A DNA stretch of 64,000 nt. It comes from a virus (Duplodnaviria > Caudoviricetes). The stretch's first letter is position 1. Every line of letters starts with the position of its first letter. The notes beneath the pieces are model-generated. The model ran no database searches and was not told the origin of the DNA. It saw only the letters and a program-made list of their open reading frames with translations. Below are positions 18,516 to 28,185 of this stretch, one piece after another. Location: the IMG/VR virus record IMGVR_UViG_3300031994_000035, positions 59,840 to 123,839 of that record. One strand, 5' to 3'. The position numbers and the translations under genes were made by a program.

Positions 18516-20432
18516 ATGGATACAATACCTTCATTTAAAGAATTTATCAATGAGTCAAGACAAGAGGATCTTGAACTCTATAACAAGGCTAAAGAAGCCT
18601 ATTATAACGGAAACCCTATCATGGGTGACGCCGAATTTGACGAACTTGAAAGAAAGCTAGGACTTGAAAACAAAGGATACATCGGTACACACCATTCATC
18701 CAACTATACTGTCAAACATCCTGTAAAGATGGGCAGTCTGTCAAAAATCCAAATCAAGGAATCATCTGACGGATCGACCCACTTTGATGAATACCTTGGC
18801 ACGCTTAACAAATACTTCTCAGGTGTTCCTGACGACGGGCTTATAGAAGTTACTCCTAAATTCGACGGCTGTTCATTCGAGGTTATCTTTGACGAAACAG
18901 GCAAGGTTGAAGGAATCTCAACAAGGGGTGACGGTGAGTACGGACAGGATGTGTCGCACTGGATTATGCCTCAGGTTGAAAAGATCCCATATAAGGAATT
19001 CCTGCAGTCAGGTAAAAAGCTTGTAGTAAGAGGCGAAGCCCTTATCGGATTCGAGGACTTCAACAAGTCGTATAAGGATAAGTTCGCTAACACACGTGCA
19101 TTCGTTGCAGGTATGTTCGGTCAAAAGTGGGAAGGCAATACAGAACAGACTACAGGCAGAAACGATATTTCGATTGTAGTGTACGACTTTCGTCTAGTTG
19201 CTCCGTCAGGATCATACCAATGGGTTGACTATAATACGGTAAAGGATAATCCGGTTCTTGCATACAATATCATGACATTCAAGAAATCTGAAATCTCTGA
19301 AATGAAGTTTGCACAGATATATGACGCAATGGAGAAAGTCCGTGCCGAAAGCAAGTTCCCTCTTGACGGATTCGTATTAAAACCAGAAGTCAAATACCGT
19401 AAGACTGAAAATGTCACAAGACCTACCGACTGTGTTGCAATCAAGTATAAGCCAAGCATCCTTGAAACAGAAATCATAGATATCGAATGGAATGTAGGTA
19501 AGACAGGAGAGCTATTCCCTAAAGCAATATTCAATACCGTGAAGATGGACGGCAAGAACATCAACAAGGCTTCACTACACAACTACGGTTACGTAAAACA
19601 GAATAACGTAGGCATAGGCTCGGTTATAAAGATTTCGCTTGCAGGCGACATCATACCTTTCGTCTATGAGATTGTAAAGAACGGTGGCGACCCTAAAATA
19701 CCGACAGAGAATGTTGAGGTAAGAGGAACACACTTGATGCTTGATATGTCGGCTGAAGAAAAACTGGCTGTCAAAGTCATAGCGGGCGCTGAGGCATTAA
19801 ACCTTCGTTCATTCAAGGAGGCGACAATCAGAAAAATCCTACCAGAGTTCATTGCTGATCCTGAAATGGAAATCACGACAATCCTTGATTTCATGCGTGA
19901 TTCGTCTATAGAGTTCATGAAGCAGAAGTTCGGTAACGGCACTTCAATAATGAATGTCGTCAATACGCTTATAGAGAGACGGAACACGCTGACATTGAAT
20001 GAAATCATTTTGTCAATGCAGTACAGACTGTGCGGTAAGACAGCTTCCGACATGTGCGCAAAATATCTTAGAGGCGAGATTAACCAGACACAGCTCACAG
20101 GTGTTCCACAGGAGGTAAAGAGATGGCTGCTTGATGAAAACTCTGCAGAATACAAGCAGGTAATGGGATATGCGACGGAATTCAAAGTTAACATGGCTCC
20201 TGTGGTTTCGACAGGATCATCAGACGCAGTTCCTGTGATTATGACAGGAAGTCCGAAAGAATTCGGATATGTGACGAAAGCAGAGTTCCTTAAAGCGCAT
20301 CCAGAGTACATAGAGACATCTGACTGGAAACAATGCAAGATTTTGTTCACTGACGACCTTGCGTCTACGTCAAGCAAGATGAAAAAGGCTACGACTCTTG
20401 GAATTGAAATAAAAACATATGGTGACGCATAA
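18516..20432 (+). CDS. ligA: NAD-dependent DNA ligase
   Basis: YYNGNPIMGDAEFD, HPVKMGSLSK, adenylation motif KFDG, STRGDGEYG, VRGE, DGFV, AIKYK, SLHN, AGDIIP; C-terminal BRCT-like SSKMKKA. Confidence 0.95.
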   Translation: MDTIPSFKEFINESRQEDLELYNKAKEAYYNGNPIMGDAEFDELERKLGLENKGYIGTHHSSNYTVKHPVKMGSLSKIQIKESSDGSTHFDEYLGTLNKYFSGVPDDGLIEVTPKFDGCSFEVIFDETGKVEGISTRGDGEYGQDVSHWIMPQVEKIPYKEFLQSGKKLVVRGEALIGFEDFNKSYKDKFANTRAFVAGMFGQKWEGNTEQTTGRNDISIVVYDFRLVAPSGSYQWVDYNTVKDNPVLAYNIMTFKKSEISEMKFAQIYDAMEKVRAESKFPLDGFVLKPEVKYRKTENVTRPTDCVAIKYKPSILETEIIDIEWNVGKTGELFPKAIFNTVKMDGKNINKASLHNYGYVKQNNVGIGSVIKISLAGDIIPFVYEIVKNGGDPKIPTENVEVRGTHLMLDMSAEEKLAVKVIAGAEALNLRSFKEATIRKILPEFIADPEMEITTILDFMRDSSIEFMKQKFGNGTSIMNVVNTLIERRNTLTLNEIILSMQYRLCGKTASDMCAKYLRGEINQTQLTGVPQEVKRWLLDENSAEYKQVMGYATEFKVNMAPVVSTGSSDAVPVIMTGSPKEFGYVTKAEFLKAHPEYIETSDWKQCKILFTDDLASTSSKMKKATTLGIEIKTYGDA

Positions 20433-20462
20433 ATATTATATGAAATCTAAAAAAATAGAAAA

Positions 20463-20978
20463 ATGGAAAGACTAAAAACATTTATGGAAGTGACAAGAGG
20501 CGTCAATGAAGGAGCAGGTGCAGGCTATACCATTGAAGGTATTATAAAGAACATCAAACTTGGTCAAAACACTCAGTTTAAAAAAATTTCTGAGGATGTA
20601 TTTTTGATTGAAGGCGGCATTACTGGAAATATAGAAATTACGAATGCACATTCTTATGAATATTCAGGATCAGCTGAAGGATATGACGCAGAATGTAAAA
20701 TATCTGAATTGAAAATCCAGGTCTATGATATGAGATATGGCTCAAAAGAAGAAATAAGCGAAGACCTTAGAAATTCAGAGTATAAGTTTTCATGTCTTTA
20801 CGGAGTAGGATGGTCGCATGTCACGTTTGGCGGCGATATAAACCTTGATAACGTTGATGTAAACGACTATTCCAATATATTGATACTTGACGGGAAACTT
20901 CAGATAAATGACAATAAATTATGTACTTTCATCGATAATGCCGTAACAGGTGAAAGCCAACATTTTCAACTGACATAA
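20463..20978 (+). CDS. Putative internal head protein (MERLKTFME...VNE)
   Basis: Capsid-targeting-like leader. Confidence 0.6.
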   Translation: MERLKTFMEVTRGVNEGAGAGYTIEGIIKNIKLGQNTQFKKISEDVFLIEGGITGNIEITNAHSYEYSGSAEGYDAECKISELKIQVYDMRYGSKEEISEDLRNSEYKFSCLYGVGWSHVTFGGDINLDNVDVNDYSNILILDGKLQINDNKLCTFIDNAVTGESQHFQLT

Positions 20979-21046
20979 ACGGTAATAAAAACCTTATTGA
21001 TTCTGAAAGCCTATAAGTTTTAATAGAAACCGTCTATAGAAATGCT

Positions 21047-21080
21047 TAAGGATATCGTAACTGCTACGGTATCCTTTTTA
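21047..21080 (+). terminator. Intrinsic terminator
   Basis: AAGGATATCGTA-ACTGC-TACGGTATCCTT followed by Ts. Confidence 0.7.
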
Positions 21081-21109
21081 TATAAAATATTGTTTATTAT
21101 TAAAAAATT

Positions 21110-21409
21110 ATGCTTATGAACGAACTAAAGGAATTAATTCAGAAAAACAAATTTGTAGTGGTTGACTTCTATGCCAACTGGTGCGGACCATGCAAGGTCC
21201 TTTCGTCGACAATAGACGGCATCAAGGAAAAATATCAAGATGTGGTTTTCGTAAAGTCCGATGTCGAAACAGATGAAGCCTCAACGGAATATGGTGTAAG
21301 AAACCTACCGACACTTATATTCTTTAAAGACGGTGAAGTCGTTAACAGACTTACAGGAGCTATACCGGCTACCGAACTTGAAACTGCAGTTAATGACTTA
21401 ATAAAATAA
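21110..21409 (+). CDS. trxA: Thioredoxin
   Basis: VDFYANWCGPCK and LPTL motifs. Confidence 0.95.
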   Translation: MLMNELKELIQKNKFVVVDFYANWCGPCKVLSSTIDGIKEKYQDVVFVKSDVETDEASTEYGVRNLPTLIFFKDGEVVNRLTGAIPATELETAVNDLIK

Positions 21410-21416
21410 ATTGGCT

Positions 21417-22469
21417 ATGGAAGAAGTTAAATTTGCACCTGCAAGCGTACTTGTAAATTATAACAATAACCGCAAGCTTAGATTATGGTGTTCAGCTATC
21501 GGAACTGTCGAGTTCGATTCCGTAAATTCTGACAGACAGATTATCTGCTATACTGAAAGGAACGGCAACAGGATGCCTATCGTATTTAATGAATATGGTG
21601 AACTGTATTCTGAATATGATGACGACCGTGAATGCTGTCTGTTTCCTAGTAGGAGATGTAAGGACTGGAGGCAATGGCGTCTTGTAATGATTCAGGAAGG
21701 AGACATCGTTGTAAATGTACAGACAGATAAGGTGTACATGGTGATGACAGCTAAAGTCTCAGAAGATCCGAATCTTACGACCTATAAGCTTGTTGACAGT
21801 GAAAGCAATGTTTTGGAAGAAGCTGAAGTAAATGCAATAATTCCATTACTGAGGTTCGCGACAAAGCAGGAAATCCGTATGTACTATGAAGAAGTACGAA
21901 TTTATACAATTGCTAAAAAAACTGACCGTACAATCATAGTGAACCTGTTTGCAGGACCAGGTGCCGGTAATAGTACAGGGGCAGCTTACATATTTTCAAT
22001 GCTTAAGATGAACGGATTCCGTTGTGAGTATGTGTCTGAGTTCGCAAAAGATAAAGTCTGGGAAGAAAACAATACCGCCTTAAACTGCCAGTTCTATGTA
22101 GCAGGCAAGCAGATCTATAAAGTCAGCAGGGTTATAGGCAAGGTGAATATTGTCATTACAGACTCACCTATACTGCTGAGCGCATATTACAGCAAGGACA
22201 ACTCATTGAAAAACGCAATCCTCTATGAGCATAACAAGTATGAAAACCTTAACATATTCATAGAGCGCGACAAGGCATATGATGAGGTTGGCAGGCTGCA
22301 GAACTATGATGAGGCATGCAAGATAGACAATGACCTTAAAGACATGCTTAACAGCTACAACCAGGAGTATGTGTCAGTTAAAGGTAATAAAGACGGCTAC
22401 GACAAGATAGTTGATATGATTACTAAAAAGTGGGACGACAAATATAAACCTACCAAAAATAAGATGTAG
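21417..22469 (+). CDS. Fusion of an unknown N-domain with a NadR/AAA_28-like P-loop kinase domain
   Basis: IVNLFAGPGAGNST, EYVSEFAKD, ITDSP and GRLQ motifs. Confidence 0.75.
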   Translation: MEEVKFAPASVLVNYNNNRKLRLWCSAIGTVEFDSVNSDRQIICYTERNGNRMPIVFNEYGELYSEYDDDRECCLFPSRRCKDWRQWRLVMIQEGDIVVNVQTDKVYMVMTAKVSEDPNLTTYKLVDSESNVLEEAEVNAIIPLLRFATKQEIRMYYEEVRIYTIAKKTDRTIIVNLFAGPGAGNSTGAAYIFSMLKMNGFRCEYVSEFAKDKVWEENNTALNCQFYVAGKQIYKVSRVIGKVNIVITDSPILLSAYYSKDNSLKNAILYEHNKYENLNIFIERDKAYDEVGRLQNYDEACKIDNDLKDMLNSYNQEYVSVKGNKDGYDKIVDMITKKWDDKYKPTKNKM

Positions 22470-22541
22470 GGCATTATTTTGTGAAAAACATAGAAAACTA
22501 TTAAAAACTCTTAAAAACGTCTTAAATGCGAAATAAACGAT

Positions 22542-23702
22542 ATGATTCCAAAGCATGACTATATGATCGTAGGTTCAGGATTGGCAGGTAGCGTCCTTAC
22601 GAATCTTCTTACCAATAGAGGGAAGACCGTGCTCGTTGTCGAATCAAGAAAGCATGCAGGCGGAAACATCGTTGAAAAAATAATGGACGGAATACCTGTG
22701 CATCAATACGGACCCCATATATTCCATACAGACAATGAAATTATTTGGGACCTGGTGAACAAGTATACTGAGTTTGACACAACCTATATCCATTCACCTA
22801 TAGCTATAAGTGACGGCATCCAGTACAACCTGCCTTTCAACATGAATACGTTTACAAAAATATTCAATGTCTACAAGGTAAGCGATGTCGCGAAGGCCAT
22901 AATGAATGAAATAAACGCATGCAAGTTCGACTACAAAAATCCTAAGAACCTGGAAGAAAAGGCGATATCTATGATAGGTACGACAGTATACCAAAAACTC
23001 ATAAGGGATTATACTGAGAAACAGTGGAACAAGAAATGTACTGACCTGCCACCAGATATTATAGCTCGCATACCTTTCAGACTGACCTATAACAACAGGT
23101 ATTTTAATGACAGGTTTCAAGGCATACCTGTATGCAAGAATGGAAAGGGAGGATATCAGATACTCATAGAGAACCTCCTATACCAAAACAAACATAGGGT
23201 GGACGTACTTACAAACTGGAGGATAGAGAATATCCAGCAGCTTAAGGCTGTCAAGGAAAGATACAACTGCGACAAGATAATCTATACAGGCCGTATAGAT
23301 ACATTGTTCGGTGTAGACGCCCTAGAGTTCAGATCATGCGACTTTATTCATGAAAAGATTAAGATGTCCAACATGTACGGCAATTCAGTCATCAATATAT
23401 GCGACAAGTCAAAGGACGCGACAAGAATCATAGAGCATAAGAACTTCTACCAAAGGAACTATGAGATATTGTCAAAGCCTTACACCTATGTGACATATGA
23501 ATATCCCTGCGAGCCTGACAGCGACTCAGAGCCATTGTATCCTATAAACGACAAACGGAATCAGGAAATCTATGAAAAGTTCAAGGCAATGGCTGAAAGG
23601 GAAAACATCATATTGTGCGGACGTCTAGCAGAGTATAAATACTATGACATGGATGACGTAATCCAGTCTGCTATGGACTGTTATGAAAAATTGCCATTAT
23701 AA
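22542..23702 (+). CDS. glf: UDP-galactopyranose mutase
   Basis: IVGSGLAG, HQYGPHIFHT, YTEKQW, YFNDRFQGIP, TRIIEHK, EPLYP and GRLAEYKYYDMD motifs. Confidence 0.95.
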   Translation: MIPKHDYMIVGSGLAGSVLTNLLTNRGKTVLVVESRKHAGGNIVEKIMDGIPVHQYGPHIFHTDNEIIWDLVNKYTEFDTTYIHSPIAISDGIQYNLPFNMNTFTKIFNVYKVSDVAKAIMNEINACKFDYKNPKNLEEKAISMIGTTVYQKLIRDYTEKQWNKKCTDLPPDIIARIPFRLTYNNRYFNDRFQGIPVCKNGKGGYQILIENLLYQNKHRVDVLTNWRIENIQQLKAVKERYNCDKIIYTGRIDTLFGVDALEFRSCDFIHEKIKMSNMYGNSVINICDKSKDATRIIEHKNFYQRNYEILSKPYTYVTYEYPCEPDSDSEPLYPINDKRNQEIYEKFKAMAERENIILCGRLAEYKYYDMDDVIQSAMDCYEKLPL

Positions 23703-23754
23703 ATTGTTTATTATAGTTAAACATGTTCTGTTTTGTTGCCATAGACGAAAAGAC

Positions 23755-23806
23755 ATCCCTGCCTTGTCTCCTGCCGTGAGGCGGTTCTTGAGTCAGGGAA
23801 TTTTTA
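23755..23806 (+). terminator. GC-rich hairpin (CCGTGAGG type) with T tail
   Basis: TCCCTG...CTGCC GTGA GGCGG...CAGGGA ATTTTT. Confidence 0.6.
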
Positions 23807-23818
23807 AAAATTAGCATT

Positions 23819-25423
23819 ATGTATTTTAAGAAATTAAAGTTCAAGAATTTCAGAAGCTACGGTAATATTCCAACAGAAGTAGTCTTTGACAATCCTGGAC
23901 ATATATCATTGATAGTCGGATCAAACGGCAGTGGGAAGACCAGTATAGCGCAGGCAATCATATTCGCATTATATGGCGACGTACCTGGCCAGACTCTTGA
24001 CACATTGGTTAATAAGGTGAACAAGAATGCCGAAGTAGAACTATGGTTCGATGCTGACGGACATGAAATCTATGTAAAAAGAGGCATAGCTCCCAAAGCG
24101 TTTGAAGTGTCTATCGACGGTAAACAAGTTGAAGACGCGTTGGCATCATCAAAAGATGAAATCCTTGAAAAGTACCTACATATAGGCAGGGATTTGTTCA
24201 CGAACCTAATAGTTCTGAACATTTCCACATATAAGAGCATGATAACCCTGTCAGAGGCTGACAAGCGGAATTTCATAAACAAAATATTCGACCTGACATT
24301 CTTGGAGACATTGCTTGCAGAAGTAAAGGTGAAGCAAAAAGACTGTACATCATCCATAACTCACAAGAATGATGAGATAGACCGGCTGAACAAGATTCTT
24401 CTATCTATGGAGGAAAAGAACAAACAGGAGTTCAAAAAGAAATGTGAAGAGGCTAAGAAGGAGATAGAGGACCTTACAACGATCAATGAGGATCTGTCCA
24501 AGACGGTAACTGAAAGCAATGCACGTTTATCGAAGGTCACTACTCGCAAAGATGAGGTCCAGAATGAAATCATAGAGAAGAAGTCTGAACTTAAAGAGCT
24601 GAACGCCAAATATGAATTGGGTAAGCATGATAAATGTCCTTACTGCCATCAGCCAATAAAAATGGATGACGAGGAATTGAATAAGATTTCATCAAACATT
24701 AAGGCAGTATCAGACAGGATTACTGAACTGAACACACTGCTTACAAAATGTACTGCAAGGATATCCGAAATAAAGACATTGGTATCGGATACGAACAGCA
24801 GCATCATATCAAACAAGTCAAAGATAAACGATTTGAAGAACCTTATAGATTCCGGAGGGATACAGATTGACTTGGATGAAATAAAGGCGAACATAAGCGA
24901 CCTTAAAGACGGATTAAAGGATACTGAGTACAATGCACACATCTATGACATATGCGTAAAGATCCTTTCAAGCAACAAATACTCATTAAAGAACTACATA
25001 TATTCCGATTACATAGCAAACCTCAACAATATCCTGAGCGACCTATGCGAAAAGTATGCTCCGGAGTTCTTTATAAAGTACAATGCCGACTGTTCTGTCG
25101 ATCTATACCATGACGGATCACCTCAGAAATATGCAGGATTGTCTACAGGTGAGAAGAGAAAGATAGACTTTCTTGTAACAGTCGCTTTCCTTAACTATGC
25201 GAAACTCATAATACCGGACTTGAACATCATATTCTGTGATGAAATATTTGCGTCTGTGTCGACAGACATAATCTCGACAATATGCGACATGCTTGCAAAC
25301 GTGAGCAAGGACCTTAAAATAGAGACATTCCTTGTGCACCATGCTGATGTCGACAGCTCACATATATCCAGAACATATATGATAGACAAACCTGACGGAT
25401 TCTCAAAAATAACTTTGAAGTAA
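23819..25423 (+). CDS. SMC-like recombination ATPase (T4 gp46/SbcC/Rad50)
   Basis: FKNFRSYGN, GSNGSGKT, Zn-hook CPYC, LSTGE, Walker B IFCDE. Confidence 0.93.
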   Translation: MYFKKLKFKNFRSYGNIPTEVVFDNPGHISLIVGSNGSGKTSIAQAIIFALYGDVPGQTLDTLVNKVNKNAEVELWFDADGHEIYVKRGIAPKAFEVSIDGKQVEDALASSKDEILEKYLHIGRDLFTNLIVLNISTYKSMITLSEADKRNFINKIFDLTFLETLLAEVKVKQKDCTSSITHKNDEIDRLNKILLSMEEKNKQEFKKKCEEAKKEIEDLTTINEDLSKTVTESNARLSKVTTRKDEVQNEIIEKKSELKELNAKYELGKHDKCPYCHQPIKMDDEELNKISSNIKAVSDRITELNTLLTKCTARISEIKTLVSDTNSSIISNKSKINDLKNLIDSGGIQIDLDEIKANISDLKDGLKDTEYNAHIYDICVKILSSNKYSLKNYIYSDYIANLNNILSDLCEKYAPEFFIKYNADCSVDLYHDGSPQKYAGLSTGEKRKIDFLVTVAFLNYAKLIIPDLNIIFCDEIFASVSTDIISTICDMLANVSKDLKIETFLVHHADVDSSHISRTYMIDKPDGFSKITLK

Positions 25424-25782
25424 TGGGATTCAGCAAACTTATACGGAAGCATGTCTATGACAAGTATGACGGACACTGCGCATACTGCGGATGTCCTCTT
25501 GAGATGAAGGACATGCAGATAGATCATATGATCTCACGGTTTAATTCAAAAATTCACGGTAATGAAATAGACAACACAATTGACAACCTGAACCCTTCAT
25601 GCAGGCAATGCAACTACTATAAGGGAGCAAGCAACATAGAGGGATTTAGGAATAAGATAAGAAGACAGCTGTCCCATACATGCATAGATTCATTCCAGGC
25701 ACGGCTTGCAATAAAGTACGGTATTATCAACTACACTGAATGGGACAACTTATTTTACTTTGAAAAGATTAAAAACAAATAG
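25423..25782 (+). CDS. HNH endonuclease
   Basis: CAYCG...IDH...NLNPSCRQCNYYK. Confidence 0.9.
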   Translation: MGFSKLIRKHVYDKYDGHCAYCGCPLEMKDMQIDHMISRFNSKIHGNEIDNTIDNLNPSCRQCNYYKGASNIEGFRNKIRRQLSHTCIDSFQARLAIKYGIINYTEWDNLFYFEKIKNK

Positions 25783-25783
25783 C

Positions 25784-26236
25784 ATGGCATGTGATTATAA
25801 AATTCTAAAAGAAAAACAGGAGAACACTGATAAGAGGTATTTAAGGATGGCTCGTATCTGGGCTGAAAATTCTTACTGCATTCGTCGGCAGGTCGGATCA
25901 CTCATAGTGAAAAACAATATGATTATATCTGACGGATACAATGGGACTCCGTCAGGATTTGAAAACATATGCGAGGATGAAGACGGAAAGTCAAAACCGT
26001 ATGTATTGCACGCTGAAGCCAACGCAATCACTAAATGCGCTAAATCAGACAACAGCTGTGAAGGATCGACGATCTATGTGACATTGGCACCATGTATAGA
26101 CTGTGCAAAAATGATTATACAAAGCGGCATAAAGCGTGTGGTATATTATGAACCCTATAAGACTGACGGAATAGAATTGCTAGAAAAATCAGGCATAGAG
26201 GTAATCCGAATAGATATTTCTGAGAATAGGGACTGA
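25784..26236 (+). CDS. dCMP deaminase
   Basis: DGYNGTPSG, HAEANAI and PCIDCAK motifs; ATG at 25784. Confidence 0.93.
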   Translation: MACDYKILKEKQENTDKRYLRMARIWAENSYCIRRQVGSLIVKNNMIISDGYNGTPSGFENICEDEDGKSKPYVLHAEANAITKCAKSDNSCEGSTIYVTLAPCIDCAKMIIQSGIKRVVYYEPYKTDGIELLEKSGIEVIRIDISENRD

Positions 26237-26278
26237 TTTCATAATAAATGTTGTTTTATATTCATAAACGTAAAAATA

Positions 26279-26536
26279 ATGGAAATGGACCCAAAATTTG
26301 AACTATTCAAACTCGTAATCAGTGATTACGGTATGGATGACGCAAAGAAGTATGAACTTTGCAAAGAAATCTTTTTGTCAAGCAGAACCACTGTTATGCC
26401 AATTTCAGTACCCCTTGACAATAATCCAAATGTACCAGAGTCTGTCAGACCTGTAGAAATACCTACTAGACCTACCATTATGTATGCTTCAAATACAACT
26501 GAAGATAAACAAGGAGATTCTAAGATTAACAAATAA
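26279..26536 (+). CDS. Hypothetical protein
   Basis: ORF after the TTGTTTTATAT motif. Confidence 0.65.
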   Translation: MEMDPKFELFKLVISDYGMDDAKKYELCKEIFLSSRTTVMPISVPLDNNPNVPESVRPVEIPTRPTIMYASNTTEDKQGDSKINK

Positions 26537-26547
26537 ATATTAGTGCT

Positions 26548-26763
26548 ATGAGACTGTCAGGAAAATCTAAAAGATATATTTTGGCAACATCAGTATTATT
26601 GATTATCGTGATACTGACGATAATTGAAATGGCACATCAATACGCTGTTGCCGACATACCTGTATTCCTTTCAGTTTTCATGCATGTATTTGTCATGACA
26701 TTTATCATAGGTGTCATAGAAAGCGCCGTAAAATTGTATAAATCTATTAAAGAGGATAAATGA
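26548..26763 (+). CDS. Small membrane protein
   Basis: Two hydrophobic helices. Confidence 0.65.
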   Translation: MRLSGKSKRYILATSVLLIIVILTIIEMAHQYAVADIPVFLSVFMHVFVMTFIIGVIESAVKLYKSIKEDK

Positions 26764-26930
26764 TAGCATTGCTTACCATATGTGTAATTGCTGCATGTGT
26801 CGGCCTGATAGCCATGATAATTACTGCATTTGCCCATATTTTCATGTTTATCTTTGAAATCTTCATTGAATTCGGATTATACATCCTAGCTATAGGTGCT
26901 ATAATATTCTTATTAAGTAAATTATTCTGA
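26760..26930 (+). CDS. Small membrane protein, 56 aa (not in the ORF track)
   Basis: ATGA overlap; MIALLTICVIAACVGL...LLSKLF. Confidence 0.6.
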   Translation: MIALLTICVIAACVGLIAMIITAFAHIFMFIFEIFIEFGLYILAIGAIIFLLSKLF

Positions 26931-26931
26931 T

Positions 26932-27348
26932 ATGAGTACAGAAAATAATACGGACTTGAAGTCACTTGAAAAATCATACAGAGCAATCAAGAAGAAAATC
27001 TGGAAGAAAGCGTCAAGTATGAACAAGGATAACTGTGAGCGGGTCTCAAATGAACTTACTGTCCTGTGTAGGAAACAAACATTATTACGGGATCAGTTAT
27101 ATGCCTATCATATCGCACATCCCCTTCACCCATTGTCAATTAATATAAATGATATTAACATGAAACCTATTTCAACAACATCAGTATTCAGTGTAAACGG
27201 CAGATTGGTAGTTGCAGACTCCATAGAAGAAGCTGTAGAAATTTATAAATCATATTATGAATGCTCGAGTGTCAGTACGGTTGAACAAGTGCTCGGTGAC
27301 AGAGTGTCATGCAATGATTCCGACTGCACTGCATTAATTAAAAAGTAA
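26932..27348 (+). CDS. Hypothetical protein
   Basis: 138-aa ORF in operon. Confidence 0.65.
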   Translation: MSTENNTDLKSLEKSYRAIKKKIWKKASSMNKDNCERVSNELTVLCRKQTLLRDQLYAYHIAHPLHPLSININDINMKPISTTSVFSVNGRLVVADSIEEAVEIYKSYYECSSVSTVEQVLGDRVSCNDSDCTALIKK

Positions 27349-27349
27349 C

Positions 27350-27511
27350 ATGGAGAAACTATTTTATATATTATTGCTGTTCATAGTTATCTTTGCATTG
27401 GCGACAGCAGGAGTGCTCATAGCATTTTGGAATATTAAGGTATTCACAGCCATCTGTTCAGTCTATGTATTATTAATTATTTTCATAATCTATAAATCTA
27501 TACAGAGATGA
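27350..27511 (+). CDS. Small membrane protein, 53 aa (not in the ORF track)
   Basis: MEKLFYILLLFIVIFALA...; ATGA overlap with 27508. Confidence 0.6.
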   Translation: MEKLFYILLLFIVIFALATAGVLIAFWNIKVFTAICSVYVLLIIFIIYKSIQR

Positions 27512-27903
27512 AATCGCCGTTAGAAAACTACAGAGTGACAATTTCCAAAGAAGCACTGAAGCTTCTGCAAAAAGTATTTCAGGCATCTCCGATTCCTATG
27601 GAGATTGTGTCAAACCAGATGAAGAACATATCATTGGATGAGGTTATAGGATATTTCGTAGCTGAACATAACATGTGTCTGTCATTCATATATTCTGAAA
27701 ACAGATGGGTCGGCACCATAGAGGGCATTAAGACACAGATCTGGGGATCAGTATCGGCATTAACATTTGAGGACTGCATTTCAAGCACAATCATAGAGGC
27801 ATGCTATAAAGTCCTTAAAATAGATTCATCTAGTCAGGAACGAGATATTACGACAGACAATGACACAGGCGACGATATGCTACGCGACAACCTGTATAAT
27901 TAA
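27508..27903 (+). CDS. Hypothetical protein
   Basis: 131-aa ORF. Confidence 0.65.
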   Translation: MKSPLENYRVTISKEALKLLQKVFQASPIPMEIVSNQMKNISLDEVIGYFVAEHNMCLSFIYSENRWVGTIEGIKTQIWGSVSALTFEDCISSTIIEACYKVLKIDSSSQERDITTDNDTGDDMLRDNLYN

Positions 27904-27929
27904 TAAATAATTTATAAAGATAAAACATA

Positions 27930-28130
27930 ATGGCGTTCGAAATAGAAAGATGTACTAAATGTTCACAAAGCATTAAATTCACATTGGAAGAGCTGAAAGA
28001 AAATAAAGGATGGCTGGTTTGCCCTCACTGTAAAATGATTCAACCTATATGTTGGTTCTGTGAGCAGAATCAGTCCAAATGCAATGAGTGTTCTCCACAA
28101 AATTCAAAATTTATCAATTATTCAATCTAA
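27930..28130 (+). CDS. Small Zn-finger protein
   Basis: Four CxxC pairs. Confidence 0.7.
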   Translation: MAFEIERCTKCSQSIKFTLEELKENKGWLVCPHCKMIQPICWFCEQNQSKCNECSPQNSKFINYSI

Positions 28131-28185
28131 TCATTGTTTATTATAAATCCAATATTATTTCAAACTATTTAAAATTTTCAAAATT

